Source: Mobula hypostoma
Lineage: Eukaryota
Direction: 5' to 3'
Length of the DNA stretch: 64,000 nucleotides
NCBI RefSeq assembly: GCF_963921235.1
Contig: NC_086108.1
Coordinates: 6,634,001 to 6,698,000 of the forward strand
The translations under genes and the position numbers were made by a program. Below are positions 15,001 to 30,000 of this stretch, one piece after another. The notes under the pieces are model-generated. The model ran no database searches, was not told where the DNA came from, and saw only the letters and a list, made by a program, of their open reading frames with translations. The first letter of the stretch is position 1. Each line of letters starts with the position of its first letter.

Positions 15001-18000
15001 AACAGTTTGAAAACACATCCCACTCAGCAGTCCGAAACACATCCCGCTCAACACAGTAAAACACATCCCCACTCAACAGTCTGAAACACATCCTGCTGAA
15101 CAGTCCGAAACACACCCCACTGAACAGTCCGAAACACATCCCACTCAACAGTCTGAAACACATCCAGCTCAACAGTCCGAAACACATCCCCACTCAACAT
15201 TCCGAAAAACATCCCACTCAACAGTCCGAAACACATCCTCACTCAACAGTCCGAAACACATCCCAACTCAACACTCCGAAACACATCCCCAACTCAACAG
15301 TCTGAAACACATCCCCAACTCAACAGTCCGAAACACATCCCCACTGAACAGTCCGAAACACATCCTCACTGAACAGTCCGAAACTCAGCCCACTCAACAG
15401 TCCGAAACACATCCCACTCAACAGTCCGAAACACACCCCACTCAACAGTCCGAAACACACCCCACTCAACAGTCCGAAACATATCACCACTGAACAGTCC
15501 AAAAAACACCCCACTCAACAGTCCGAAACACATCCTCACTCAACAGTCCGAAACACATCCTCACTCAACAGTCCGAAAACATATCCCACTGCACAGTCCA
15601 AAACACATCCCACTCAACAGTCCGGAAAAAATCCTCACTCAACAGTCCGCAACTCAGCCCACTCAACAGTCCGAAACACTCCCCAACTCAACAGTCCGAA
15701 ACACATCCCACTCAACAGTCCGTAAACACATCCCCACTCAACAGTCCGAAACACACCCCACTCAACAGTCCGAAACACATCCCAACTCAACACTCCGAAA
15801 CAGTCCCCAACTCAACAGTCCGAAACACATCCCACTCAACAGTCTGAAACACATCCCCACTCAACAGTCCGAAACTCAGCCCACTCAACAGTCCGAAACA
15901 CTCCCCAACTCAACAGTCCGAAACACATCCCACTCAACAGTCCAAAACACATCCCACTCAACAGTCCAAAACACATCCCACTCAACAGTCCGAAACACAT
16001 CCTCACTCAACAGTCCGCAACACAGCCCACTCAACAGTCCGAAACACACACCACTGAACAGTCCGAAACACATCCCCACACAACAGTCCGAAACACACCC
16101 GCTCAACAGTCCGAAACACACCCACTCAACAGTCTGAAAACAGATCCCACTCAGCAGTCCGAAAAACATCCCACTCAACAGTCCGAAACACATCCCACTC
16201 AACAGTCTGAAACACATCCTGCTCAACAGTCCGAAAAACATCCCACTCAGCAGTCCGAAACACATCCCGCTCAACACAGTAAAACACATCCCCACTCAAC
16301 AGTCTGAAACACATCCTGCTCAACAGTCCGAAACACATCCTCACTCAACAGTCCGAAAACACATCCCACTGCACAGTCCGAAACACATCCCACTCAACAG
16401 TCCGAAACACATCCTCACTCAACAGTCCGAAACTCAGCCACACTCAACAGTCCGAAACACATCCCAACTCAACACTCCGAAACACTCCCCAACTCAACAG
16501 TCCGAAACACATCCCCACACAACAGTCCGAAACACACCCGCTCAACAGTCCGAAACACACCCCCACTGAACAGTCTGAAACACATCCCCACTCAACAGTC
16601 CGAAAAACATCCTCACTCAACAGTCCGAAACACATCCCCACTGAACAATCCGAAACACATCCTCACTCAACAGTCCGAAACTCAGCCCACTCAACAGTCC
16701 GAAACACTCCCCAACTCAACAGTCCGAAACACATCCCCACTCAACAGTCCGAAACACACCCACTCAACAGTCTGAAAACACATCCCACTCAACAGTCCGA
16801 AACACTCCCCAACTCAACAGTCCGAAACACACCCACTCAACAGTCTGAAAACAGATCCCACTCAACAGTCCGAAACACATCCCACTCAACAGTCTGAAAA
16901 CACATCCCCACTCAACAGTCTGAAACACATCCTGCTCAACAGTCCGAAACACACCCCACTCAACATTCCGAAACACAGCCCACTCTACAGTACGAAACAC
17001 ATCCCCACTCAACAGTCCAAAAAACATCCCACTCAACAGTCCGAAACACATCCCACTCAACAGTCCGAAACACATCCCAGTAAACAATTCGAAACACATC
17101 CCACTCAATACTTGAAACACACACCACTCAACATTCGGAAACACATCCCACTCAACAGTCAGAAACCTATCCCACTCAACAGTCCGAAACACATCCCCAC
17201 TCAACAGTCCGAAACACATCCTCACTCAACAGTCCGAAACTCAGCCCACTCAACAGTCCGAAACACATCCCCAACTCAACAGTCCGAAACACATCCCCAC
17301 TCAACAGTCCGAAACACATCCCACTCAACAGTCCGAAACACATCCCACTCAACAGTCCGAAACACATCCCCAACTCAACAGTCCGAAACACACCCACTCA
17401 ACAGTCTGAAAACACATCCCACTCAACAGTCCGAAACACATCCCACTCAACAGTCTGAAAACACATCCCCACTCAACAGTCTGAAACACATCCTGCTAAA
17501 CAGTCTGAAACACACCCCACTCAACAGTCCGAAACACAGCCCACTCAACAGTACGAAACACATCCCCACTCAACAGTCCAAAAAACATCCCACTCAACAG
17601 TCCGAAACACATCCCACTCAACAGTCCGAAACACATCCCACTCAACAGTCCGAAACACACCACACTCAACAGTCCGAAAAACATCCCACTCAACAGTCCG
17701 AAACACATCCCACTCAACAGTCAGAAACCTATCCCACTCAACAGTCCGAAACACATTCCCATGCAACAGACCGAAACACATCCCACTCAACAGTCCGAAA
17801 CTCATCCCACTGAACAATCCGAAACACATCCCACTCAACAGACCGAAGCACATCGCACTCAACAGTCCGAAACACATCCCCGCTCAACAGTCCGAAACAC
17901 ATCCCACTGAACTATCCGAAACACACCCCACTGAACAGTCCGAAACACATCCCACTCAACAGTCTGAAACACATCCAGCTCAACAGTCCGAAACACATCC

Positions 18001-21000
18001 CCACTCAACATTCCGAAAAACATCCCACTCAACAGTCCGAAACACATCCTCACTCAACAGTCCGAAACACATCCCAACTCAACACTCCGAAACACATCCC
18101 CAACTCAACAGTCTGAAACACATCCCCAACTCAACAGTCCGAAACACATCCCCACTGAACAGTCCGAAACACACCCCACTCAACAGTCCGAAAAACATCC
18201 CACTCAACAGTCCGATACACATCCCAATCAACAGTCCGAAACACACCCCACTCAACAGTCCGAAGCACACCCCACTCAACAGTCCGAAACATATCACCAC
18301 TGAACAGACCAAAAAACACCCCACTCAACAGTCCGAAACACATCCTCACTCAACAGTCCGAAACACATCCTCACTCAACAGTCCGAAAACATATCCCACT
18401 GCACAGTCCAAAACACATCCCACTCAACAGTCCGGAAAAAATCCTCACTCAACAGTCCGAAACACATCCTCACTCAACAGTCCGAAACACATCCTCACTC
18501 AACAGTCTGAAAACACATCCCCACTCAACAGTCCGAAACTCAGCCCACTCAACAGTCCGAAACGCATCCCAATCAACAGTCCGAAACATATCACCACTTA
18601 ACAGTCCAAAAAACACCCCACTCAACAGTCCGAAACACATCCCCACTCAACAGTCCGAAACACATTCTCACTCAACAGTCCGAAAACACATCCCACTGCA
18701 CAGTCCGAAACACATCCCACTCAACAGTCCGAAACACATGCCACTCAACAGTCCGAAACACATCCTCACTCAACAGTCCGAAACTCAGCCACACTCAACA
18801 GTCCGAAACACTCCCGCTCAACAGTCCGAAACACACCCCCACTGAACAGTCCGAAACACATCCCCACTCAACAGTCCGAAAAACATCCTCACTCAACAGT
18901 CCGAAACACATCCCCACTGAACAATCCGAAACACATCCTCACTCAACAGTCCGAAACTCAGCCCACTCAACAGTCCGAAACAGTCCCCAACACAACAGTC
19001 CGAAACACATCCCCACTCAACAGTCCGAAACACACCCACTCAACAGTCTGAAAACACATCCCACTCAACAGTCCGAAACACTCCCCAGCTCAACAGTCCG
19101 AAACACACCCACTCAACAGTCTGAGAACAGATCCCACTCAACAGTCCGAAACACATCCCACTCAACAGTCCGAAACACTCCCCAACTCAACAGTCCGAAA
19201 CACACCCACTGAACAGTCTGAAAACAGATCCCACTCAGCAGTCCGAAAAACATCCCACTCAACAGTCCGAAACACATCCCACTCAACAGTCTGAAACACA
19301 TCCTGCTCAACAGTCCGAAACACATCCCACTCAGCAGTCCGAAACACATCCCGCTCAACACAGTAAAACACATCCCCACTCAACAGTCTGAAACACATCC
19401 TGCTCAACAGTCCGAAACACATCCTCACTCAACAGTCCGAAACACATCCTCACTCAACAGTCCGAAACTCAGCCACACTCAACAGTCCGAAACACATCCC
19501 AACTCAACACTCCGAAACACTCCCCAACTCAACAGTCCGAAACACATCCCCACACAACAGTCCGAAACACACCCGCTCAACAGTCCGAAACACACCCCCA
19601 CTGAACAGTCCGAAACACATCCCCACTCAACAGTCCGAAAAACATCCCCACTCAACAGTCCGAAACACATCCCACTCAACAGTCTGAAACACATCCTGCT
19701 CAACAGTCCGAAACACATCCCACTCAGCAGTCCGAAACACATCCCGCTCAACACAGTAAAACACATTCCCACTCAACAGTCTGAAACACATCCTGCTCAA
19801 CAGTCCGAAACACATCCTCACTCAACAGTCCGAAACACATCCCAACTCAACAGTCCGAAACACATCCCACTCAACAGTCCGAAACACATCCTCACTCAAC
19901 AGTCCGAAACTCAGCCACACTCAACAGTCCGAAACACATCCCAACTCAACACTCCGAAACACTCCCCAACTCAACAGTCCGAAACACATCCCCACACAAC
20001 AGTCCGAAACACACCCGCTCAACAGTCCGAAACACACCCCCACTGAACAGTCTGAAACACATCCCCACTCAACAGTCCGAAAAACATCCTCACTCAACAG
20101 TCCGAAACACATCCCCACTGAACAATCCGAAACACATCCTCACTCAACAGTCCGAAACTCAGCCCACTCAACAGTCCGAAACACTCCCCAACTCAACAGT
20201 CCGAAACACATCCCCACTCAACAGTCCGAAACACACCCACTCAACAGTCTGAAAACACATCCCACTCAACAGTCCGAAACACATCCCACTCAACAGTCCG
20301 AAACACACCCACTCAACAGTCTGAAAACAGATCCCACTCAACAGTCCGAAACACATCCCACTCAACAGTCTGAAAACACATCCCCACTCAACAGTCTGAA
20401 ACACATCCTGCTCAACAGTCCGAAACACACCCCACTCAACATTCCGAAACACAGCCCACTCTACAGTACGAAACACATCCCCACTCAACAGTCCAAAAAA
20501 CATCCCACTCAACAGTCCGAAACACATCCCACTCAACAGTCCGAAACACATCCCACTCAACAGTCCGAAACACATCCCACTCAATACTTGAAACACACAC
20601 CACTCAACATTCGGAAACACATCCCACTCAACAGTCAGAAACCTATCCCACTCAACAGTCCGAAACACATCCCCACTGAACAATCCGAAACACATCCTCA
20701 CTCAACAGTCCGAAACTCAGCCCACTCAACAGTCCGAAACACATCCCCACTCAACAGTCCGAAACACATCCCCACTCAACAGTCCGAAACACATCCCCAC
20801 TGAACAGTCTGAAAACACATCCCACTCAACAGTCCGAAAAACTCCCCAACTCAACAGTCCGAAACACACCCACTCAACAGTCTGAAAACAGATCCCACTC
20901 AACAGTCCGAAACACATCCCACTCAACAGTCTGAAAACACATCCCCACTCAACAGTCTGAAACACATCCTGCTCAACAGTCCGAAACACACCCCACTCAA

Positions 21001-24000
21001 CATTCCGAAACACAGCCCACTCAACAGTCCGAAACACATCCCCACTCAACAGTCCGAAACACATCCCACTCAACAGTCCGAAACACATCCCACTCAACAG
21101 TCCGAAACACATCCCAGTAAACAATTCGAAACACATCCCACTCAATACTTGAAACACACACCACTCAACATTCGGAAACACATCCCACTCAACAGTCAGA
21201 AACCTATCCCACTCAACAGTCCGAAACACATTCCCATGCAACAGACCGAAACACATCCCACTCAACAGTCCGAAACTCATCCCACTGAACAATCCGAAAC
21301 ACATCCCACTCAACAGACCGAAGCACATCGCACTCAACAGTCCGAAACACATCCCCGCTCAACAGTCCGAAACACATCCCACTGAACTATCCGAAACACA
21401 TCCCCACTCAACAGTCCGAAACACATCCCACTCAACAGTCCGAAACACATCCCACTCAACAGTCCGAAACACATCCCCACTCAACATTCCGAAAAACATC
21501 CCACTCAATAGTCCGAAACACATCCTCACTCAACAGTCCGAAACACATCCCAACTCAACAGTCCGAAACACATCCCAACTCAACAGTCTGAAACACATCC
21601 CCAACTCAACAGTCCGAAACACACCCCACTCAACAGTCCGAAACACATCCCACTCAACAGTCCGAAACACATCCCACTCAACAGTCCGAAACACACCCCA
21701 CTCAACAGTCCGAAACACACCCCACTCAACAGTCCGAAACATATCACCACTGAACAGACCAAAAAACACCCCACTCAACAGTCCGAAACACATCCTCACT
21801 CAACAGTCCGAAACACATCCTCACTCAACAGTCCGAAAACATATCCCACTGCACAGTCCAAAACACATCCCACTCAACAGTCCAGAAAAAATCCTCACTC
21901 AACAGTCCGAAACACATCCTCACTCAACAGTCCGAAACACATCCTCACTCAACAGTCTGAAAACACATCCCCACTCAACAGTCCGAAACTCAGCCCACTC
22001 AACAGTCCGAAACGCATCCCAATCAACAGTCCGAAACATATCACCACTGAACAGTCCAAAACACATCCCACTCAACAGTCTAAAACACAGCCCACTCAAT
22101 AGTCGAAACACACCCCACTGAACAGTCCGAAACACATCCCCACTCAACAGTCCGAATCAGACCCCACTCAACAGTCCGAAACACCTCCCACTCAACAGTC
22201 CGAAAAAAATCCCACTCAACAGTCCGAAACACATCCCCACTCAACACTCCGAAACACATCCCCAACTCAACAGTCTGAAACACATCCCCAACTCAACAGT
22301 CCGAAACACATCCCCACTGAACAGTCCGAAAAACATCCTCACTCAACAGTCTGAAACACACCCTCACTCAACAGTCCGAAACTCAGCCCACTCAACAGTC
22401 CGAAACACACCCCACTCAACAGTCCAAAACACTCCCCAACTCAACAATCCGAAACACACCCCACTCAACAGTCCGAGAAACATCCTCACTCAACAGTCTG
22501 AAAAGAGATCCCACTCAACAGTCCGAAATACATCCCACTCGACAGTCTGAAACCACATCCCACTCAGCAGTCCGAAACACATCCCGCTCAACACAGTAAA
22601 ACACATCCCCACTCAACAGTCTGAAACATATCCCCACTCAACAGTCCGAAAAACATCCCACTCAACAGTCCGAAACACATCCCAACTCAACACTCCGAAA
22701 CACATCCCCAACTGAACAGTCTGAAACACATCTCACTCAACACTCCAAAACACATCCCCAACTCAACAGTCTGAAACACATCCCCAACTCAACAGTCCGA
22801 AACACATCCCCACTGAACAGTCCGAGAAACATCCTCACTCAACAGTCTGAAACACATCCTCACTCAACAGTCCGAAACTCAGCCCACTCAACAGTCCGAA
22901 ACACACCCCACTCAACAGTCCGAAACACACCCCACTCAACAGTCCAAAACACTCCCCAACTCAACAATCCGAAACACACCCCATTCAACAGTCCGAAACA
23001 CACCCACTCAACAGTCTGAAAAGAGATCCCACTTAACAGTCCGAAATACATCCCACTCAACAGTCTGAAACACATCCCGCTCAACACAGTAAAACACATC
23101 CCCACTCAACAGTCCGAAACACACCCCACTCAACAGTCCGAAACACAGCCCACTCAACACAGTAAAACACATCCCCACTCAACAGTCTGAAACACATCCT
23201 GCTCAACAGTCCGAAACACACCCCACTGAACAGTACGAAACACAGCCCACTCTACAGTACGAAACACATCCCCACTCAACAGTCCGAAAAACATCCCACT
23301 CAACAGTCCGAAACACATCCCACTCACCAGTCTGAAACTCATCCCACTGAACAATCCGAAACACATCCCACTCAACAGTCCGAAGCACATCGCACTCAAC
23401 AGTCCAAAACACATCCCCACTCAACAGTCCGAAACACATCCCCACTCAACAGTCCGAAACACACCACACTCAACAGTCCGAAACACATCCCAACTCAACA
23501 CTCCGAAACACTCCCCAGCTCAACAGTCCGAAACACATCCCACTCAACAGTCCGAAACACATACCACTCAACAGTGCAAAACACTCCCCAACTCAACAGT
23601 CCGAAACACATCCCACTCAACAGTCCAAAACACATCCCACTCAACAGTCCGAAACTCAGCCCACTCAACTGTATGAAACACATCCCCACTCAACAGTCCA
23701 AAACACATCCAACCCAACAGTCCGAAAAACATCCCACTCAACAGTCCGAAACACATCCCACTCAACAGTCCGAACACTCCTCCACTCAACAGTCCAAAAC
23801 ACATCCCACTCAACAGTCCGAAACACATCCCACTCAACAGTCCGAACACTCCTCCACTCAACAGTCCGAAACACAACCCACTCAACTGTCCGAAACACAC
23901 CCCACTGAACAGTCCAAAACACATCCCATTCAACAGTCCAAAACACATCCCACTCAACAGTCCGAAACACATCCCCACTCAACAGTCCGAAACACACCCC

Positions 24001-27000
24001 ACTCAACAGTCCGAAACACATCCCAACTCAACACTCCGAAACACTCCCCAACTCAACAGTCCGAAACACATCCCACTCAACAGTCTGAAACACATCCCCA
24101 CTCAACAGTCCGAAACTCAGCCCACTCAACAGTGCAAAACACTCCCCAACTCAACAGTCCGAAACACATCCCACTCAACAGTCCAAAACACATCCCACTC
24201 AACAGTCCAAAACACATCCCACTCAACAGTCCGAAACACATCCTCACTCAACAGTCCGAAACTCAGCCCACTCAACAGTCCGAAACACACACCACTGAAC
24301 AGTCCGAAACACTCCCCAACTCAACAGTCCGAAACACATCCCCAACTCAACAGTCCAAAACACATCCCCAACTCAACAGTCCGAAACACATCCCACTCAA
24401 CAGTGCGAAACACTCCCCAACTCAACAGTCCGAAAAACATCCCCACTGAACAGTCCGAAACACATCCCCACTCAACAGTCCGAAACACATCCCCACTGAA
24501 CAGTCCGAAAAACATCCCACTCAACAGTCCGAAACACATCCCACTGAACAGTCCGAAACACATCCTCACTCAACAGTTTGAAAACACATCCCACTCAGCA
24601 GTCCGAAACACATCCCGCTCAACACAGTAAAACACATTCCCACTCAACAGTCTGAAACACATCCTGCTCAACAGTCCGAAACACACCCCACTGAACAGTC
24701 CGAAACACATCCCACTCAACAGTCTGAAACACATCCTGCTCAACAGTCCGAAACACATCCCCACTCAACATTCCGAAAAACATCCCACTCAACAGTCCGA
24801 AACACATCCTCACTCAACAGTCCGAAACACATTCCAACTCAACACTCCGAAACACATCCCCAACTCAACAGTCTGAAACACATCCCCAACTCAACAGTCC
24901 GAAACACATCCCCACTGAACAGTCCGAAACACACCCCACTCAACAGTCCGAAAAACATCCCACTCAACAGTCCGATACACATCCCAATCAACAGTCCGAA
25001 ACACACCCCACTCAACAGTCCGATGCACACCCCACTCAACAGTCCGAAACATATCACCACTGAACAGACCAAAAAACACCCCACTCAACAGTCCGAAACA
25101 CATCCTCACTCAACAGTCCGAAACACATCCTCACTCAACAGTCCGAAAACATATCCCACTGCACAGTCCAAAACACATCCCACTCAACAGTCCGGAAAAA
25201 ATCCTCACTCAACAGTCCGCAACTCAGCCCACTCAACAGTCCGAAACACTCCCCAACTCAACAGTCCGAAACACATCCCACTCAACAGTCCGTAAACACA
25301 TCCCCACTCAACAGTCCGAAACACACCCCACTCAACAGTCCGAAACACATCCCAACTCAACACTCCGAAACAGTCCCCAACTCAACAGTCCGAAACACAT
25401 CAAACTCAACAGTCTGAAACACATCCCCACTCAACAGTCCGAAACTCAGCCCACTCAACAGTGCAAAACACTCCCCAACTCAACAGTCCGAAACACATCC
25501 CACTCAACAGTCCAAAACACATCCCACTCAACAGTCCAAAACACATCCCACTCAACAGTCCGAAACACATCCTCACTCAACAGTCCGCAACTCAGCCCAC
25601 TCAACAGTCCGAAACACATCCCACTGAACAGTCCGAAACACATCCCACTCAACAGTCCGAAACACATCCCCACTCAACAGTCCGAAACACACCCCACTGA
25701 ACAGTCTGAAAACACATCCCCACTCAACAGTCCGAAAAACATCCCCACTCAACAGTCCGAAACACATCCCATTCAACAGTCTGAAACACATCCTGCTCAA
25801 CAGTCCGAAACACATCCCACTCAGCAGTCCGAAACACATCCCGCTCAACACAGTAAAACACATTCCCACTCAACAGTCTGAAACACATCCTGCTCAACAG
25901 TCCGAAACACATCCTCACTCAACAGTCCGAAAACACATCCCACTCAACAGTCCGAAACACATCCCACTCAACAGTCCGAAACACATCCTCACTCAACAGT
26001 CCGAAACTCAGCCACACTCAACAGTCCGAAACACATCCCAACTCAACACTCCGAAACACTCCCCAACACAACAGTCCGAAACACATCCCCACACAACAGT
26101 CCGAAACACACCCGCTCAACAGTCCGAAACACACCCCCACTGAACAGTCTGAAACACATCCCCACTCAACAGTCCGAAAAACATCCCCACTCAACAGTCC
26201 GAAACACATCCCCACTGAACAATCCGAAACACATCCTCACTCAACAGTCCGAAACTCAGCCCACTCAACAGTCCGAAACACTCCCCAACTCAACAGTCCG
26301 AAACACATCCCCACTCAACAGTCTGAAACACACCCACTCAACAGTCTGAAAACACATCCCACTCAATAGTCCGAAACACTCCCCAACTCAACAGTCCGAA
26401 ACACACCCACTCAACAGTCTGAAAACAGATCCCACTCAACAGTCCGAAACACATCCCACTCAACAGTCTGAAAACACATCCCCACTCAACAGTCTGAAAC
26501 ACATCCTGCTCAACAGTCCGAAACACACCCCACTCAACATTCCGAAACACAGCCCACTCTACAGTACGAAACACATCCCCACTCAACAGTCCAAAAAACA
26601 TCCCACTCAACAGTCCGAAACACATCCCACTCAACAGTCCGAAACACATCCCAGTAAACAATTCGAAACACATCCCACTCAATACTTGAAACACACACCA
26701 CTCAGCATTCGGAAACACATCCCACTCAACAGTCAGAAACCTATCCCACTCAACAGTCCGAAACACATCCCCACTGAACAATCCGAAACACATCCTCACT
26801 CAACAGTCCGAAACTCAGCCCACTCAACAGTCCGAAACACTCCCCAACTCAACAGTCCGAAACACATCCCCACTCAACAGTCCGAAACACACCCACTCAA
26901 CAGTCTGAAAACACATCCCACTCAACAGTCCGAAACACTCCCCAACTCAACAGTCCGAAACACACCCACTCAACAGTCTGAAAACAGATCCCACTCAACA

Positions 27001-30000
27001 GTCCGAAACACATCCCACTCAACAGTCTGAAAACACATCCCCACTCAACAGTCTGAAACACATCCTGCTCAACAGTCCGAAACACACCCCACTCAACAGT
27101 CCGAAACACAGCCCACTCAACAGTACGAAACACATCCCCACTCAACCGCCCTAAAAACATCCCACTCAACAGTCCGAAACACATCCCACTCAACAGTCCG
27201 AAACACATCCCAGTAAACAATTCGAAACACATCCCACTCAATACTTGAAACACACACCACTCAACATTCGGAAACACATCCCACTCAACAGTCAGAAACC
27301 TATCCCACTCAACAGTCCGAAACACATTCCCATGCAACAGACCGAAACACATCCCACTCAACAGTCCGAAACTCATCCCACTGAACAATCCGAAACACAT
27401 CCCACTCAACAGACCGAAGCACATCGCACTCAACAGTCCGAAACACATCCCCGCTCAACAGTCCAAAACACATCCCACTGAACTATCCGAAACACACCCC
27501 ACTGAACAGTCCGAAACACATCCCACTCAACAGTCCGAAACACATCCAGCTCAACAGTCCGAAACACATCCCCACTCAACAGTCCGAAAAACATCCCACT
27601 CAACAGTCCGAAACACATCCTCACTCAACAGTCCGAAACACATCCCAACTCAACACTCCGAAACACATCCCCAACTCAACAGTCTGAAACACATCCCCCA
27701 CTCAACAGTCCGAAACACATCCCCACTCAACAGTCCGAAACACACCCCACTCAACAGTCCGAAAAACATCCCACTCAACAGTCCGATACACATCCCAATC
27801 AACAGTCCGAAACACACCCCACTCAACAGTCCGATGCACACCCCACTCAACAGTCCGAAACATATCACCACTGAACAGACCAAAAAACACCCCACTCAAC
27901 AGTCCGAAACACATCCTCACTCAACAGTCCGAAACACATCCTCACTCAACAGTCCGAAAACATATCCCACTGCACAGTCCAAAACACATCCCACTCAACA
28001 GTCCGGAAAAAATCCTCACTCAACAGTCTGAAACACATCCTCACTCAACAGTCCGAAACACATCCTGACTCAACAGTCTGAAAACACATCCCCACTCAAC
28101 AGTCCGAAACTCAGCCCACTCAACAGTCCGAAACGCATCCCAATCAACAGTCCGAAACATATCACCACTGAACAGTCCAAAAAACACCCCACTCAACAGT
28201 CCGAAACACATCCCCACTCAACAGTCCGAAACACATTCTCACTCAACAGTCCGAAAACACATCCCACTGCACAGTCCGAAACACATCCCACTCAACAGTC
28301 CGAAACACATGCCACTCAACAGTCCGAAACACATCCTCACTCAACAGTCCGAAACTCAGCCACAATCAACAGTCCGAAACACACCCGCTCAACAGTCCGA
28401 AACACACCCCCACTGAACAGTCCGAAACACATCCCCACTCAACAGTCCGAAAAACATCCTCACTCAACAGTCCGAAACACATCCCCACTGAACAATCCGA
28501 AACACATCCTCACTCGACAGTCCGAAACTCAGCCCACTCAACAGTCCGAAACAGTCCCCAACACAACAGTCCGAAACACATCCCCACTCAACAGTCCGAA
28601 ACACACCCACTCAACAGTCTGAAAACACATCCCACTCAACAGTCCGAAACACTCCCCAGCTCAACAGTCCGAAACACACCCACTCAACAGTCTGAGAACA
28701 GATCCCACTCAACAGTCCAAAACACATCCCACTCAACAGTCCGAAACACTCCCCAACTCAACAGTCCGAAACACACCCACTGAACAGTCTGAAAACAGAT
28801 CCCACTCAGCAGTCCGAAAAACATCCCACTCAACAGTCCGAAACACATCCCACTCAACAGTCTGAAACACATCCTGCTCAACAGTCCGAAACACATCCCA
28901 CTCAGCAGTCCGAAACACATCCCGCTCAACACAGTAAAACACATCCCCACTCAACAGTCTGAAACACATCCTGCTCAACAGTCCGAAAGACATCCCACTC
29001 AACTGTCCAAAACACATCCTCACTCAACAGTCCGAAACTCAGCCACACTCAAGAGTCCGAAACACATCCCAACTCAACACTCCGAAACACTCCCCAACTC
29101 AACAGTCCGAAACACATCCCCACACAACAGTCCGAAACACACCCGCTCAACAGTCCGAAACACACCCCCACTGAACAGTCTGAAACACATCCCCACTCAA
29201 CAGTCCGAAAAACATCCCCACTCAACAGTCCGAAACACATCCCACTCAACAGTCTGAAACACATCCTGCTCAACAGTCCGAAACACATCCCACTCAGCAG
29301 TCCGAAACACATCCCGCTCAACACAGTAAAACACATTCCCACTCAACAGTCTGAAACACATCCTGCTCAACAGTCCGAAACACATCCTCACTCAACAGTC
29401 CGAAACACTCCCCAACTCAGCAGTCCGAAACACATCCCACTCAACAGTCCGAAACACATCCTCACTCAACAGTCCGAAACTCAGCCACACTCAACAGTCC
29501 GAAACACATCCCAACTCAACACTCCGAAACACTCCCCAACACAACAGTCCGAAACACATCCCCACACAACAGTCCGAAACACACCCGCTCAACAGTCCGA
29601 AACACACCCCCACTGAACACTCTGAAACACATCCCCACTCAACAGTCCGAAAAACATCCTCACTCAACAGTCCGAAACACATCCCCACTGAACAATCCGA
29701 AACACATCCTCACTCAACAGTCCGAAACTCAGCCCACTCAACAGTCCGAAACACTCCCCAACTCAACAGTCCGAAACACATCCCCACTCAACAGTCTGAA
29801 ACACACCCACTCAACAGTCTGAAAACACATCCCACTCAACAGTCCGAAACACTCCCCAACTCAACAGTCCGAAACACACCCACTCAACAGTCTGAAAACA
29901 GATCCCACTCAACAGTCCGAAACACATCCCACTCAACAGTCTGAAAACACATCCCCACTCAACAGTCTGAAACACATCCTGCTCAACAGTCCGAAACACA